Below are positions 37,701 through 50,200 of a stretch of DNA of 64,000 nt, in pieces. The DNA is from Phoronis australis (Eukaryota; Animalia; Phoronida): the NCBI GenBank assembly GCA_002633005.1, contig NMRA01000163.1, positions 648,884 through 712,883 of the forward strand, written 5' to 3'. The notes beneath the pieces are model-generated. The model was not told the DNA's origin, did not search any database, and saw only the letters and a program-made list of their open reading frames with translations. The position numbers and the translations under genes are program-made. The number at the start of each line of letters is the position of its first letter. Position 1 is the first letter of the stretch.

Positions 37701-40700
37701 TTTGTCAGGGAATTCATTCACTATTAGTAATGCACTATTAATAGAGAAACTGAGTTGTTATAAGAGGCAACCTGAGTTTAGGTTGGAGTGTTATACCAAT
37801 GATGTTCCTGTTTAGTATTGTCTTTGGCAGGTTTTTTCCCCGACATGTACCCTATATTACTTCTAACTGTATTGTTTTCATATCTCTTGCTACTCTATAT
37901 ATAGACGTTAAGAGCTCAAAATGTTATCATCAAAGTGTTCTTAAACATTACTTTAATTTGATTTGTCTTTTCAGACACTTCTTTCTCTGGAGAAGAGACA
38001 ACAAGTGAGTTGCCAGGTTCGTCAGATTGCATCAGTAACAATGGCAATGTTGCCCAAGATAAGAACCCAATAACAAAACTAGCTGATCCAAAGAATACTT
38101 ACGGCAAAATTGCTAATGAGAGTGGTTATGAACACAGAAGCTCTCCGTGTGAGGAAAAAAAGGATTCTGACTACAGCCGTCCACAGGAAAAGCTGTGCGA
38201 TGCTAGTGCTTTACAAACTTTGGAGGAAACTGTGCACAAACTTGGACTACGGAGTATGAATGGGGATTTATGTGATGAGAAATCTGCTCAACCTACAGTC
38301 AAAGCTGGTACTGATGAACACTCTCCTGATGGACTACAGTCCGTCTCACTTTACATTCAAGGCAACTCCGATATGGTGCTTTTGTTACTCATGACTGACA
38401 ATGGAGTGTCACAGAAAACTATTAAGTCCCTGGTAAGGATATAGTAAAACATGTTACCATACAAAATCAGAGTGGGTGTTGTGGAATTCTGAGACTTGGC
38501 CATTGACTCAGAAAATGAAATTGGCCAATAGGTGGTGCTCTATTTCATGGCATTCAAAACCAACTCATTTACGATCACAGACACTGTATGAAGTGTCGAA
38601 CTATAGCTGGTAGAAAACACTTCATGTAAATTTTATATAGAGCTTGAAATTTCCCTCCACCCAAGGGGCATAGTGTGTAGTTGTTTGTTGAGAAGAGTCA
38701 GTAAGAATCTAGATGAGATGAGAAAAGTCAATTCATGTGATGTGTGTTAGGGAGTTCTGGCTGTCAATGGATGACAGTGCTCCTGTCCAGTCGTGCTGCT
38801 TAAATGGGATATGTTCTTTTCACGACTAGTTCCCCTACAAGCGAGGGCGTTTTTGGATCTGTCGAGTCAAAGCGGTTCTCAGAACTGCATTCGCTTGTCA
38901 GACCTCTTTATGTTTTAATCCTTTGCAAGATGGTTTACGGTGGGTGTGAATGTGCTGTAACAGTTATAAGTCAACATAGATTGCAGAGTCGCAGGTTCGA
39001 GCCCTAGTCAAGATGGAGATCTTTTAAGACTTAACTATAGGTCACGTAGTGGGACCAACAGATGGTGTGTGAGAGACTAGTAATGCTCAGTCATATCAGT
39101 TTAATGTTGAAGTTTACTTAACTCTGCAAACTGGTTTTTTCTTTTTCAGTAATAAAAAGGTTTTTAATATTTATATTTATATTTTATTTTTTAAAATTGT
39201 TTGCAGAAAGGTACTCGAGTTTGGTAACGCATTTTTTACTTAAATGTCTGTAAGCTAATAGGTTATAGAGACAGCTGTGCAAGAGTCACTACATAAGTGT
39301 TCGTTTTATGGATTTAAACCTCTACAAATGGGTAGGATTCTTCATGGAACCCCCTGACACATGGGTCTCTTTATTCAAATCCACGCTCCAAATATCTGGC
39401 ATCCGAGCTGTCCAGCTGCATTCTTGGGTTTAATTATATTAAAATAATTCTTTGTCCACAACTGTACGTTTTGTATGATACCTTCCCTTTTTAACAGTCA
39501 GATACTTTTAAGTGCTTTTAAAGTGTACTTACACTGAGGTTGAGTAAACTTTGAACTTTAAATAATTTTTAGGTCAGGCTTTTAATCTGTTTGGAATATG
39601 GAGCAAGTGATCCTCAGTAATCTTAGTCTGGATGTTTTATTCCTTTGCTGGTGAATTGACTGATGCTCTGTGTGCACAGCTCTAGCCTGTACAATTTATT
39701 TTCTGCCTGGATTTGTGTTTGACCGTAGATTGATGTTAAATACTCGCTCTCTGTTCCCCAGTGGCAGTATACTATCCAACAGCTGGCTGACCTCGACTTT
39801 GAGCTCAACTCTGGCCACACTAAGTGCAACAGATTGGCCACACTCAGTAGTGTTAGCTACCTCACATACGACACTTATCTTAAGTGTCTCTCAGGTAAGT
39901 CACATTTCTTGTAGAAACACTTTGTCTATTTAATGTCATAGTTAGATATATTTTGCTGGTTGATTGGCATGTGCTTTCCGCACTTTCATGGAAACTAGGT
40001 GTTGTCCTTAAGGACAGGTTAGATTTAATACTGAAAAATGACAATTCTCCTGGCTGTATATGCTTAGTGTACTGCTTCTTCATGCATGTCCGTTTCATGT
40101 TCAGAACTGGGCAATAGTGACTTAATACAGGGATCCCATATTTTGAGAACCAGTTTATATGCCTGTTATCCAGTGGTGAAAACTGGTTCTCAACATGCAG
40201 GACCTCTGCGACTATTACCAAAAATATTTTTGTATCTTAACGACAGAGTACCCTGACTTGTGCTTATTTTTATTGAATACTCAGTAAGTTAATTTTGGGT
40301 TTTAGCAGTTGTGGTAACTTCTCGAACACCAACACTTGACTCGTAATTGTCTACTGTTACAGGCAACACTCTAGATCCTGTGTCTAACTTGGAGAATGAA
40401 TTTTGTGACATGACGCGTAAAATTCACAGTGACTTCCAGCAGTACCACTCTTTAAGAGACATGACCTTAAGGTAAGACAAAATGATATGTAAATCCCGGA
40501 AGGGCAATATTTAGAATGGGTATAGTTGGGACGTGCCACTGAGATCCGGTACATTTTTTCAAGTTTCTGCTACAGTGTTTTTTTTCACGATTTTTATATA
40601 AACTTAAAATGTTGGTTCCAATTAAGGGGCAAAAATATGGGAAATCATTATTTTTGCCTGGTAGAAAAATTTTTTACCCGATAAGTAAATGCTGTCTGCG

Positions 40701-41898
40701 CTTTATGAAAACTGGCATGATTTTCAAGTTGGCAAATTCTTTTGTTGGGTAACATAAAACTGGGTTTTCTTGGGAGCCCTTTACAATGGACTGAAAGATA
40801 CTAAGGTGTAATTTAGATATTAATACTTTTTCCAGATATTAAATGAATATGGGTCCTGTTTAAGCCTTCTTATAGACATTGGGTATGATACTAGCTGGTG
40901 ATCGAAACATTGGTATTGGTAGTCCACTTTTGGCCGTCATGATTGCCCCAGATTTGCCAGCCTAGCTACACGCTTACCCTAAAACAGGTGAAAAGTGGTT
41001 TACTGTGTGGCAAATGATGCATTTCCTTCCTAGTAATGCTTGTTTAAGCCTAAAAAACACGACTTTACAATTTACCTTCAGTCAGTTTTAAGACTGATTC
41101 AGTTGGAATTACATGTAAATACAACATGCAATGGACCTTTTGCGAGATGAGAAATGAGGTACTAGATTTTTGTCCCACTTCCCTTGGCGCTAACCCGATA
41201 CTGCGCTCAGCGGGAATCACCCAAGGGCTGTAGTACCACATGGTGATTTTCCACGGCAAGACCATAGACCTTACGAGAGGTTATGCGATAAGATCAACAT
41301 TTTGACTCATTTTTCTGCCGAGTTTGTAAACCAAAAGTGATTTATTGAACTGAAATGCACAAATATTGAAATAACTAGCCAGCCCTGTAATTTTTGATTT
41401 TTTTTAAAATTTTTTAAAAATGTGCTCTCACTGTAATGGAACTAAAGTCACATCACGGTAACAAAATCTGCCTTTAGCTAATACACCAGAGATTAAATTC
41501 AGTCTCTTTAAGTTTAACTTAGTTTAATATATTCTTTTCTGCTATATTTCTGTAAAAACTCGGAAGTTATTGATTTTTTCAATTTGTTCGTGGATATGTT
41601 AGGATATATGCAGATGAGTACTACACAATCGAAGTTACATCTGGTGACCCCAATTGATACAAACTCTGTGACTTCTGCCTTGGGTTGATGTATTGTTAAA
41701 GTTAACGTGCTTTACTGTATCAGGAGCCACACAAACTGTGCCTCGGGACACCGGGAAACAACTCAAGAGACATACGTGAAGTTGCACGAAACACACGAAC
41801 TGGCAACAATGGCATCACCTTGCGATTTGCTGATGAGTACAGACTCCAAGGCCAAGTCACTGCTCGTTAGAGCTCATCGCAGAAACATTATCTTATAA
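28778..41898 (+). CDS. HPS4: Hermansky-Pudlak syndrome 4 protein / BLOC-3 subunit (longin-domain Rab32/38 GEF subunit), 12 coding exons, ~615 aa
   Basis: join(28778..28794 [or 28801..28817],29545..29638,32006..32149,33367..33474,34400..34534,35546..35640,36037..36106,37084..37393,37975..38432,39762..39894,40363..40471,41724..41898) = 1848 nt, open frame. Peptides FFVFDHTFLKKEEDDLKDAIVYFYPS, QQCALCGQLMG, FAFYFGS, CQRTPGVLAGCILHK, CTQLSPELT, SLYIQGNSDMVLLLL, IHSDF and QETY parallel human HPS4 as recalled (e.g. YFYPSQ, QQELLCGQIAG, CQRSPHILAGCILYK). The first exon is uncertain. Confidence 0.9.
31010..31705. mobile_element. Non-autonomous DNA transposon with long TIRs (AGG...CCT, Kolobok-like)
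   Basis: aggtaacagtgacctacgttcaccaggttgtactt / aagtacaacctggtaaacaagtttcacagttacct; the inverted match extends more than 120 bp. The TTAA TSD is not intact. Confidence 0.65.
35108..35263. repeat. 52-bp tandem repeat x3 in an HPS4 intron
   Basis: atcaaaaagtactgggtgttttcgagcctctatcaaggtatcacaagtcccc at 35108, 35160 and 35212. Confidence 0.9.
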
Positions 41899-42074
41899 CA
41901 AAATTTATTGTAATTAAAACTTGTGCTATTTGCTATTTCTGTTGTCAGTTTTCAAAAAAGATGATAAATTTTGTCATACTTTGTCAAACATTTAATAAGA
42001 CAAAAACACATTGTCAAACAAGGTAATCTGAAGAAAGCATGAAAATTTTGAGACATCCAGTTGAGAAAACACAT

Positions 42075-42362
42075 CAAGTTTGAGTCTAATACTGGAATAA
42101 CTAAAAATTAGTGACATTGTGTTCGCATCTCACGGACTTCATGAGCACATTGAGAGAGTCTTTTAAAGTAAAAGAGGCAGTTTAAGATTCGATTTGTCAC
42201 ATGTATGGGATGGTGTTCTGATGTCAATGCTGCGCCGTCTGGTCAAAACGCCACCAGTTGGCCAAAATAACGATGTCACAAGCCAAGCTGAAGTCCGTGA
42301 GATGCGGACGCAACATCGCTAATTTTTAGTAAGTTTTTATTCCAGTATTAGACTCAAACTTG
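42075..42362. repeat. Long inverted repeat (probable MITE) downstream of the HPS4 stop
   Basis: Arms 42075-42141 and 42289-42362 are reverse complements, with near-perfect blocks of 26 and 17 bp. Confidence 0.8.
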
Positions 42363-43116
42363 TTCTGTAATCTGAAGAAAGTAATGAGTTAATCATCAGA
42401 TAATTTATAGATTTTTCTGCGACTTTTCAGATTCTTTGAGAAATAATACTGCACAGTAAATTTTCAAAAAAATATTTTGAAGCAGAAAATGTTGATTTTC
42501 ATGGTTTTAGTGTAATTTTTCATAGTGTTTTAGTTATGGGTTTTTGCCATAAGTTTGACAAATCTTGGCAAAATTCACATAATACAACATTCTGTATTCT
42601 TCAATTTTTTTGAAACTTTTAATTATACGTATTACAATTGGAAGTTGACTTACGCAATGGCGCTGTCATTCGTTTTGTGAAAAGAACCTGCTGCTAACCC
42701 CTGTAGGTATTTAGGATCATACTACTTGACAGGTTAAAATGGAAGTTGAGGAAGGTGGTACATTTTGTCAACTGATGGGGATATTCATGCATGGAGAAAG
42801 AAGTGCAACTGGAACTAGTTTTTCGGTGATAATCACTTACTGGGGTCTTGTATTTTGAGAACCAGTTTGATGCCCATTATTCAGTGGAGAAAACTAGGTC
42901 TCAAAATGCGAGACCACTTGGTGTGACCATTAGCAATTTTTGTACAGAAATGCACACAAAATAACCTTTTTACTGCAATGAAGCATTGTTTTATTTCTGC
43001 AATGATCTTTCACTATCATTACTCAAAAATTAATATTTAGCAGACCAAAGACTAACCTATTTAAAGCCACATATAGCACCATTGAAAAAATTATATATCA
43101 GAAACTTTTCAGTGTG

Positions 43117-43119
<3 letters not shown>

Positions 43120-43148
<29 letters not shown>
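43120..43148. repeat. (CA)n microsatellite
   Basis: Directly visible. Confidence 0.95.
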
Positions 43149-43153
<5 letters not shown>

Positions 43154-44276
43154 GTACTATGGAGAGGGTGAAGTTTCTTGGCTGCGTGAGCAGCCAGATT
43201 TGTCACCTTGATGTATTCCATTGAATTTGGTCGATTTCCACCTGCTCTTCTCTTGGCTTTACATGGCTTCTATGTTAGAAATCAATAAAGTTGTTTTGAC
43301 ATATACTAGATGTTTTACACCAGTCCTGTTAAATAAATAAATAAAAAGCACAAACTATTCTGAAAGTAGATGACAATGTGTTTTTTTTTGTTTTCTTAGC
43401 ACCTCTAATACTGATTTTTGCGAGATACGAAGCCAGAATTTTTGTCCCACTTCCCACAGCAGCGCTAAAGTTTGCAAGACCCCATGCTGCTATTCCATGT
43501 CCTGGGCTATAGAGTATAGACCTTATGCGAGGTTATGCATGATGGACATTTTGTCCCACTTTTTGCTAAGCTAGGAACTAGTGATCTTTTCATTGTCTTT
43601 GTTCACTGATTTGTAATTAACTCTGGAGTACAATGAAACCATGGCTGTACCATTACATGTCATTTGAACATTAGATTATTAGTTTAGTAACCCTCAGCAT
43701 ACGCCTTTTGTGGCCAATAGTTAAATGTAATTATCACAATTATGGCACATGGAATTGAATCAAACATAAATCATACAAAGAATGATAACAATATTCTACT
43801 GAATATGATAACTATACACCACATTTTAGATGAATGTGCACAAAAATGATAATTGTAGAACAACCAGTTACCAGCTACTGTGATAATCTTGACTAGCATG
43901 TTAAGATACAATTAGAATACACCGATGCAGTATTACATTACACAAACACCATTTATTAACAACTTGTTAACATTCATAATTCTTGACACCCAAATACTAC
44001 AAAAATGTCTGAGGTAAAAAATACGACTTCCATGAAATTGATCTCTATTGGTACCTTATTCAGATAAAAAAAAATTGGGCTTGGATAAAATAAATTGTAA
44101 AACTAAAAAGAACTGGAAATTTGGAAGTCAAATGTTGCCATATGTGTCAAGCAGATCTCACTGCCAGTGAAGGATAACAAACTCTGGTTCTCTTCCCAAA
44201 CACTAGATGGTGCTACTGGCTGGTACTAGACAAAAATGTAACATGTGACAGCATGTCTGCTACAATGCAATCATTC

Positions 44277-47200
44277 CTAAAACTGCGTGACCTTTTCCTC
44301 CTGCTGTACAAATGTCACTCCACTTTTTAACAATGTCAATAGGTAGAGGAGGATCCCAGACTGGGTCATCGCATCTTTCGTTTCCATTGACAACAGGACG
44401 TCAGGAGTGAGATCTTGTGTGTTGGGCAACGCGGGACGCAGCATAGTGGGTCCAAAAATGGTGGCTAGATTTTGTTGACTCATCTTGTTTGCATGTTCCA
44501 TGATGCTGACCCTGATAAAATACAATTACATAATTTTGTACCAGAATTTTCATTCATAAGCTCTCCTGATGAAAAGCTCACAGGCGTTTATTCGGAAAAT
44601 TATGCCGCATCAATGCCCATGGGCATTTATTTGGCATTTCAACTTCTGGTGTAAAGGGTCCAGATACTGGGGCATTTATTTGGAAGTTTTCCTCTTAAAA
44701 TCCCACTCAGTGTCAACTTTATGTCACAAATTCTTGAACATCATTATTTTATTATTCAAGAGCAACGCGGAGCATTGAAATGTGCCCACGACTGCACCGC
44801 AAACGGTGTGCTTCTAGGGTTGTTTATTTGTTTCATAAAAACGGCCACTAGATGGCGCAAAACATTCAATCCATCTGAAAACGAGGGCATGCTATCGCTT
44901 ATTTAATAGAAAACTATCAACCAAATTTAATTGAAAACTGTCAAGGAACTTCAGAGAAACAAAGGAAAATGGAAAAATTGAAATTGCCACTATGGGGCAC
45001 AGCCTTCGTTGGATCTGCCTGAAAGGCATTGTCGTCTGTTGTTAGCTTCATATGGTATATACAATTACAAAATTGAATAACAATCCTACAGTGGGTCTAG
45101 GAGATACAGCTATGGGCGCAAAACAAAACAAAACTACAACTAAGAGGCGCCACAGTAGTCGAATTCGTCATTGCCAACTGTCCTCTTCACACTGAGAACA
45201 TGGACGCCTAAAAAACAGACTCGAAAAAAGCAAAAATAGCCACTAGGTAGCGCAAACTACCGCAATTCCATCCGAAAATGGCAGGATTGCATCATCTCGC
45301 CAATAGATGCCTATTCCTAATTTTATGAAAATACGTTGAGGACCTTTGAAGATAGACTAAAAGTGACAAAAAAAACTAAAATTGCCACCAGTAATCGGAT
45401 CCGTCCGAAAGTTCACTCATACTGTCCCATCCATGAAAGGAACATACATTGTATGAGCAAAATTTCATGAATGTACGTCAGAGGGTTTTGGAGATAGAGC
45501 AGGGGATACCCGAGGGACAGAATTGGCATAATGCATCCCCATATAAATATGTGAGCGCATAAAAATGAACGAGGTGTTGGTGAACTATGCATTAACATGA
45601 AATTTTTTTAAAAAGTTTTACGTAAAAAATGTCAAAGTCGGCAAAACTACCACTTACCGTTTACACACCCCCTTTTCCAAATAAATGCCCGAGAGTTTAT
45701 TTGGTGTTACTAAAACGTATCATGATAAATTTTCCGAATACATGCCCATGGGCTTATCTACGGGAAAATCACAGTATTTGTCGGATTCAGCCCAACAAAT
45801 AGATTTTACTACAGCAAGGAGAAATCCGAGTTATCTGTGAGGCTGAGTGCACGAGCTAGAACAATAGCAATGTGGGTCTTTGTCAGATTTGAGTGAAATT
45901 TTGACTTTTGCATGTACAATTTACTTCAGTGGTAGTGTCAGTGGTAATTCATTAATATGGAAACCACCGTCACACACAAACGAGCCCATGGACCTTCATA
46001 AATGAAAAACAACCACAAGCTCGTGGGTTTGCCTTAGGAGTCAGAATCATAGTTTTAAAAAATGTTTTTTTTTATGATTTTCTCAAGTCACAATAAAATA
46101 AAGACTTTGTGAGACAGACAGGGAATTTAATGATACTTATTAATAAGCTCTTTCCAGCTTTCTGGAATCAGCCCTTCTTACTACGACCTAAGTGTACGTT
46201 TTGCTAAACAGGAAAGATAAAAAATGAGTTATTTTCAGAACATAAACTCCAGAGCTTTCTTTCAGAAATGTGCACCACATTCTTACCTCAACAGATGATT
46301 CAACAAACAAACAACAGTAGAAAAATTTGGTTCTGGCAAAGACTGCACCAAAGATATCATACAACTTCTTTTGCCATCAGGGTCAACCATTTCTGAAAAG
46401 CAAGATGTTCAGCGTAGATCAACATGAAGGCAAGATTTAATTTCAGCCAAAATCATATCAGCACCATAATTATTACGTTGGATCATGATTTGTTTCAATG
46501 AACCTTGCTAAAAAGAAATTCCAAGTTAAGACTAATCTGCTTACCATTAGTCCTCTATTGCACCATATCCCAAGTTATTTTATAGGTTTTATAATATTTT
46601 TGGAATGCTAATTTGTCCCAAAGTTCTTTAAAGTAGCAATTTTGAGGCTATGAAAATGCACTCTAGACAACTACAAATTAAACTGACCGAGGCACACCTT
46701 TGGTTTGAATACCCCCTCGAGTCAGTTTACTTATTTAAAAGACATGATCACAAAAGTGAGGACCATTCTTACCGTTGGCATCAGCCAAATTAGTGTACAA
46801 GTTGTCTGTGAACAGGGCTTCCGGTAGTTCACGCAGGTAGAGTTTTAATAAACCTGTGACTGCATTAATATCGTACTTCTTCAAATGACTAACAGCGGAA
46901 GAGCTACCTGTAAGAATATGATGACTCACAATGACAGACTCCAAGACTGAATCACTGGTAGAACGTTTACACATTCCTGCAATACCTAGTACGTACAGGA
47001 GAGTTAAGGAATAATTGTTGAATGAGTGCTGACCGAATCCTAGAGGGGGAGGATGAGTGATGCCCAATTTGTTTTTGAGTGGCTGGCAGCTCCTTACCGT
47101 CCTCTAGAAGTTCGGATGTCACCTCGTTGCCGGCAGTTCACAAGCTGTACTGTAGTTAGAACACGACTATCGTGTAGTATTGTTTCAGAATACCAGAAGC

Positions 47201-50200
47201 TTGCACGGCAGGTCTGAACTGTGGGTTAGCAATGCCCTCCAACTGCTAACTGACAGTAGTTTGAAAGAAACTAACTTCAATTAAAAAATTCACACTCAGC
47301 CAGCTGTGCTCTGTACCCTTTTCAAACTCGTTCCTCAGTTCCTGTACATCTGATGTGACCCCAGACACTCTGTATATGCCCACTTCATTCAGACCTCTTC
47401 TCTCTACCTCTTCAATACATGCCGTTACAATGAGTGGAATGTCTCCCTTCTCTTGCCTGCAATACACACACACACATGCTGGGGTACTACAACTTTCAGG
47501 TCTAAATCTACTCGGATGGTGCGAACAAATTAATGCTTCTTCCTTATCATCTGTCGACCAACAAGAGTGAAAATTGTCTGCCATTTTTTTCTAACTTTCT
47601 GCCTTGGGTTAGTTTGAAGATTTTTGTGCTTCGTTAGAATAAATCCTGGAGTACTGCTGTCGCTAAATGTTATATTTGTTAACTAACATAGCTTGTGTTC
47701 ACCACTCGATGGACTTTCTACCAGTAAATATTAAAACTGGAAGCTACACCTAGTGGGATGATCTTTAATGAGACAAGTATTACTGAATAGGTCCAGTTTG
47801 GGACTCAGATAATACACAAAGGACCTTTATAGTCATTATGATTCCAGCTCTAATCCTCACCTATGGAGGGCTCATTTGGTGATGTAGAGTCAAGGCAACA
47901 GGAGTTTTCACAATAAACTGGAAAGACTTTGACAGAACTCTGACAGACTACGCCAAAATCTTAATTACAAGATCATCGTTTACACCATGTTTGAACTGCT
48001 TTCTTGTATAGTAATTAAAGACAAAATTAGTAGGAATTATGCAATGCATAATATCATGCAAACATTCCTAGGAACCGTTGATAAAAACAACAAAACAGCA
48101 AAACAGCGTACCGTGTCACAGTTGACAGAGGCGCACCAAACAACCTCTGTTTGATCTTCTGGCGGCATAACGACTTGCGCAGATTCTTCTCTCGTGGAGT
48201 GAACCGAATGGACACCGTCAAAGAGAGCTAGAATCATGATGAAAAATGTCTTAAAGTAATAAATTTCACTTCTACCCACATTCCGTCGCAGAATCTTAAT
48301 TTTGATTTGGAACACTTATCACTTCAAAACTGGTCTGAACGTGTTGCTTACTCAGATGAGAAGTGATTTTTAGTCTTGCAATGAAGTGACAGTTCGTCAC
48401 ACTTCGACATCGTAGTCAATGAAGACAATGACACAATGTGACAAATCAACATGATGCAGAGTCTTGTCTCATGTAATACTGAACCTTCACAGAGATCGCA
48501 CAGATGGAACAGACCAATGTCATAATGGTAAGTGGTATAAATTAAACATTATTTGTAACCAAAGGTGAGTTTAGGGCCATTTAAACCATGAGAGAAGTAG
48601 ACAGAAACTGAAACATTGAGCAGCCAGAAAAAGTGTGACTGTCCTTTTTTGTCTCATCATTACTGAGGATGAATTATTTTTTTTCTTTTTAATTGTAATA
48701 CAGACAGTGAACATTAAACGTTATGTGTGGAGCACCTTTCATTAAGCTGATGTGAACATAATGACTTTTTATTTTACTCTAATTGCACATAAAGTGACAG
48801 GCATGTGTGTGACTTTTTAAGCCCCTCACTTTAAACCTGCCATGCAGCGATACAAACAAAATACAATATGTGAAAGCCCCAGTGTAGCATTCATTGCAAG
48901 TATTTTCACTTCTGCTCAAATATAGACTATTTTTTGCAAATAACATAAGGCAGACGAAATCCAAACATAGATGGCAGACAACATCAAAAGTCACAAGCAG
49001 ACGATATCAAGAGTCAAAGGCAGACGACACCAGAGAAAATTTACCTCATTCAGTGAGATAGTCTTCTCTTGAAAACTTTCCTTCAGCCATGTTGAACTTA
49101 GCTGTAATAGATTTTATTGCATTTAATTAACAAGTTCAGGAAATACCTGATTGGTTTATGGCAAACCCACTAGAGCGTGTCTCAATTGCTCACTTCAGTA
49201 TTATTGAGACACATGTGAGCAGACGATAGTAACTCGTAGAACATTTTTAATGCCTAATGAAACAGTTTCACAGTCTGTGAAGTCGAAGGGGCCTGTGTTA
49301 CAGCTGCTTGAATGTTCAAATGTAATGGAGATGCCATGTTGTGTAGTAACTATTAAAAGGTGGCTTACAGTAGTCTACTTTGAGAAAAAGTAACCAACTA
49401 TACCTACAACATGTGTTATAATTTGGCAGGGATATCACCCGAGGAAGAAGTACTTCACTGAGCAGCAACAGATTAGTAGCCTTCACCCACAAATGAATAA
49501 TCTATCTGATGCCACATAATACAAGATCATCATGAAAATTCATAGCAATTATCAATAATATTTAGAATGAAATATTACACAAGCTTAACAATCGAGCATT
49601 TTCAAAGTGAATAATAACTCCAGACCACTTTTTAGGAGTCTTTATTTCAGATGAAACATTATTGAAATTTTCTGTGTGAGTACCATCTCAAGTCTTATTT
49701 TTCCTTAATTTTGTAATTTATCTGCCAAATACTAACAATTAGTAACAAGAACAATGCGGAGCGTTGAAATGCGCCCACAATTGCACCGCATACGGTATCC
49801 TTCTAGGGTTGTTTATTGGTACCAGTGGCCAGTAGATGGCATACTTTGCAAAATGGAAAGGCATGGTCATTGTCTCCTCAATAGGCTAGGGGCAAAATGT
49901 GAGTAATCTTCATAATACAAGCACATCCTATACACCAGTTGCTTAAAGCACCACAGAAATATAGAATTAAAAACAAATTTACCAACATACGAGATTAGCA
50001 CAGCGTTAGAATGCCAGAAACAAATTTCTACTTGGAACTTTTCCTTCACAGTCACGAAGTAACACAAAGTATACACCTGAAGACCTATGAAAATACAGAG
50101 GTCAATGTAAAATACTAAAATTGCCACTAGAGGCAAATACTAAAATTGCCACTAGAGGCATACCGGTAATCAGAATCATCCTAAAGTCGTCATCGTCCGT

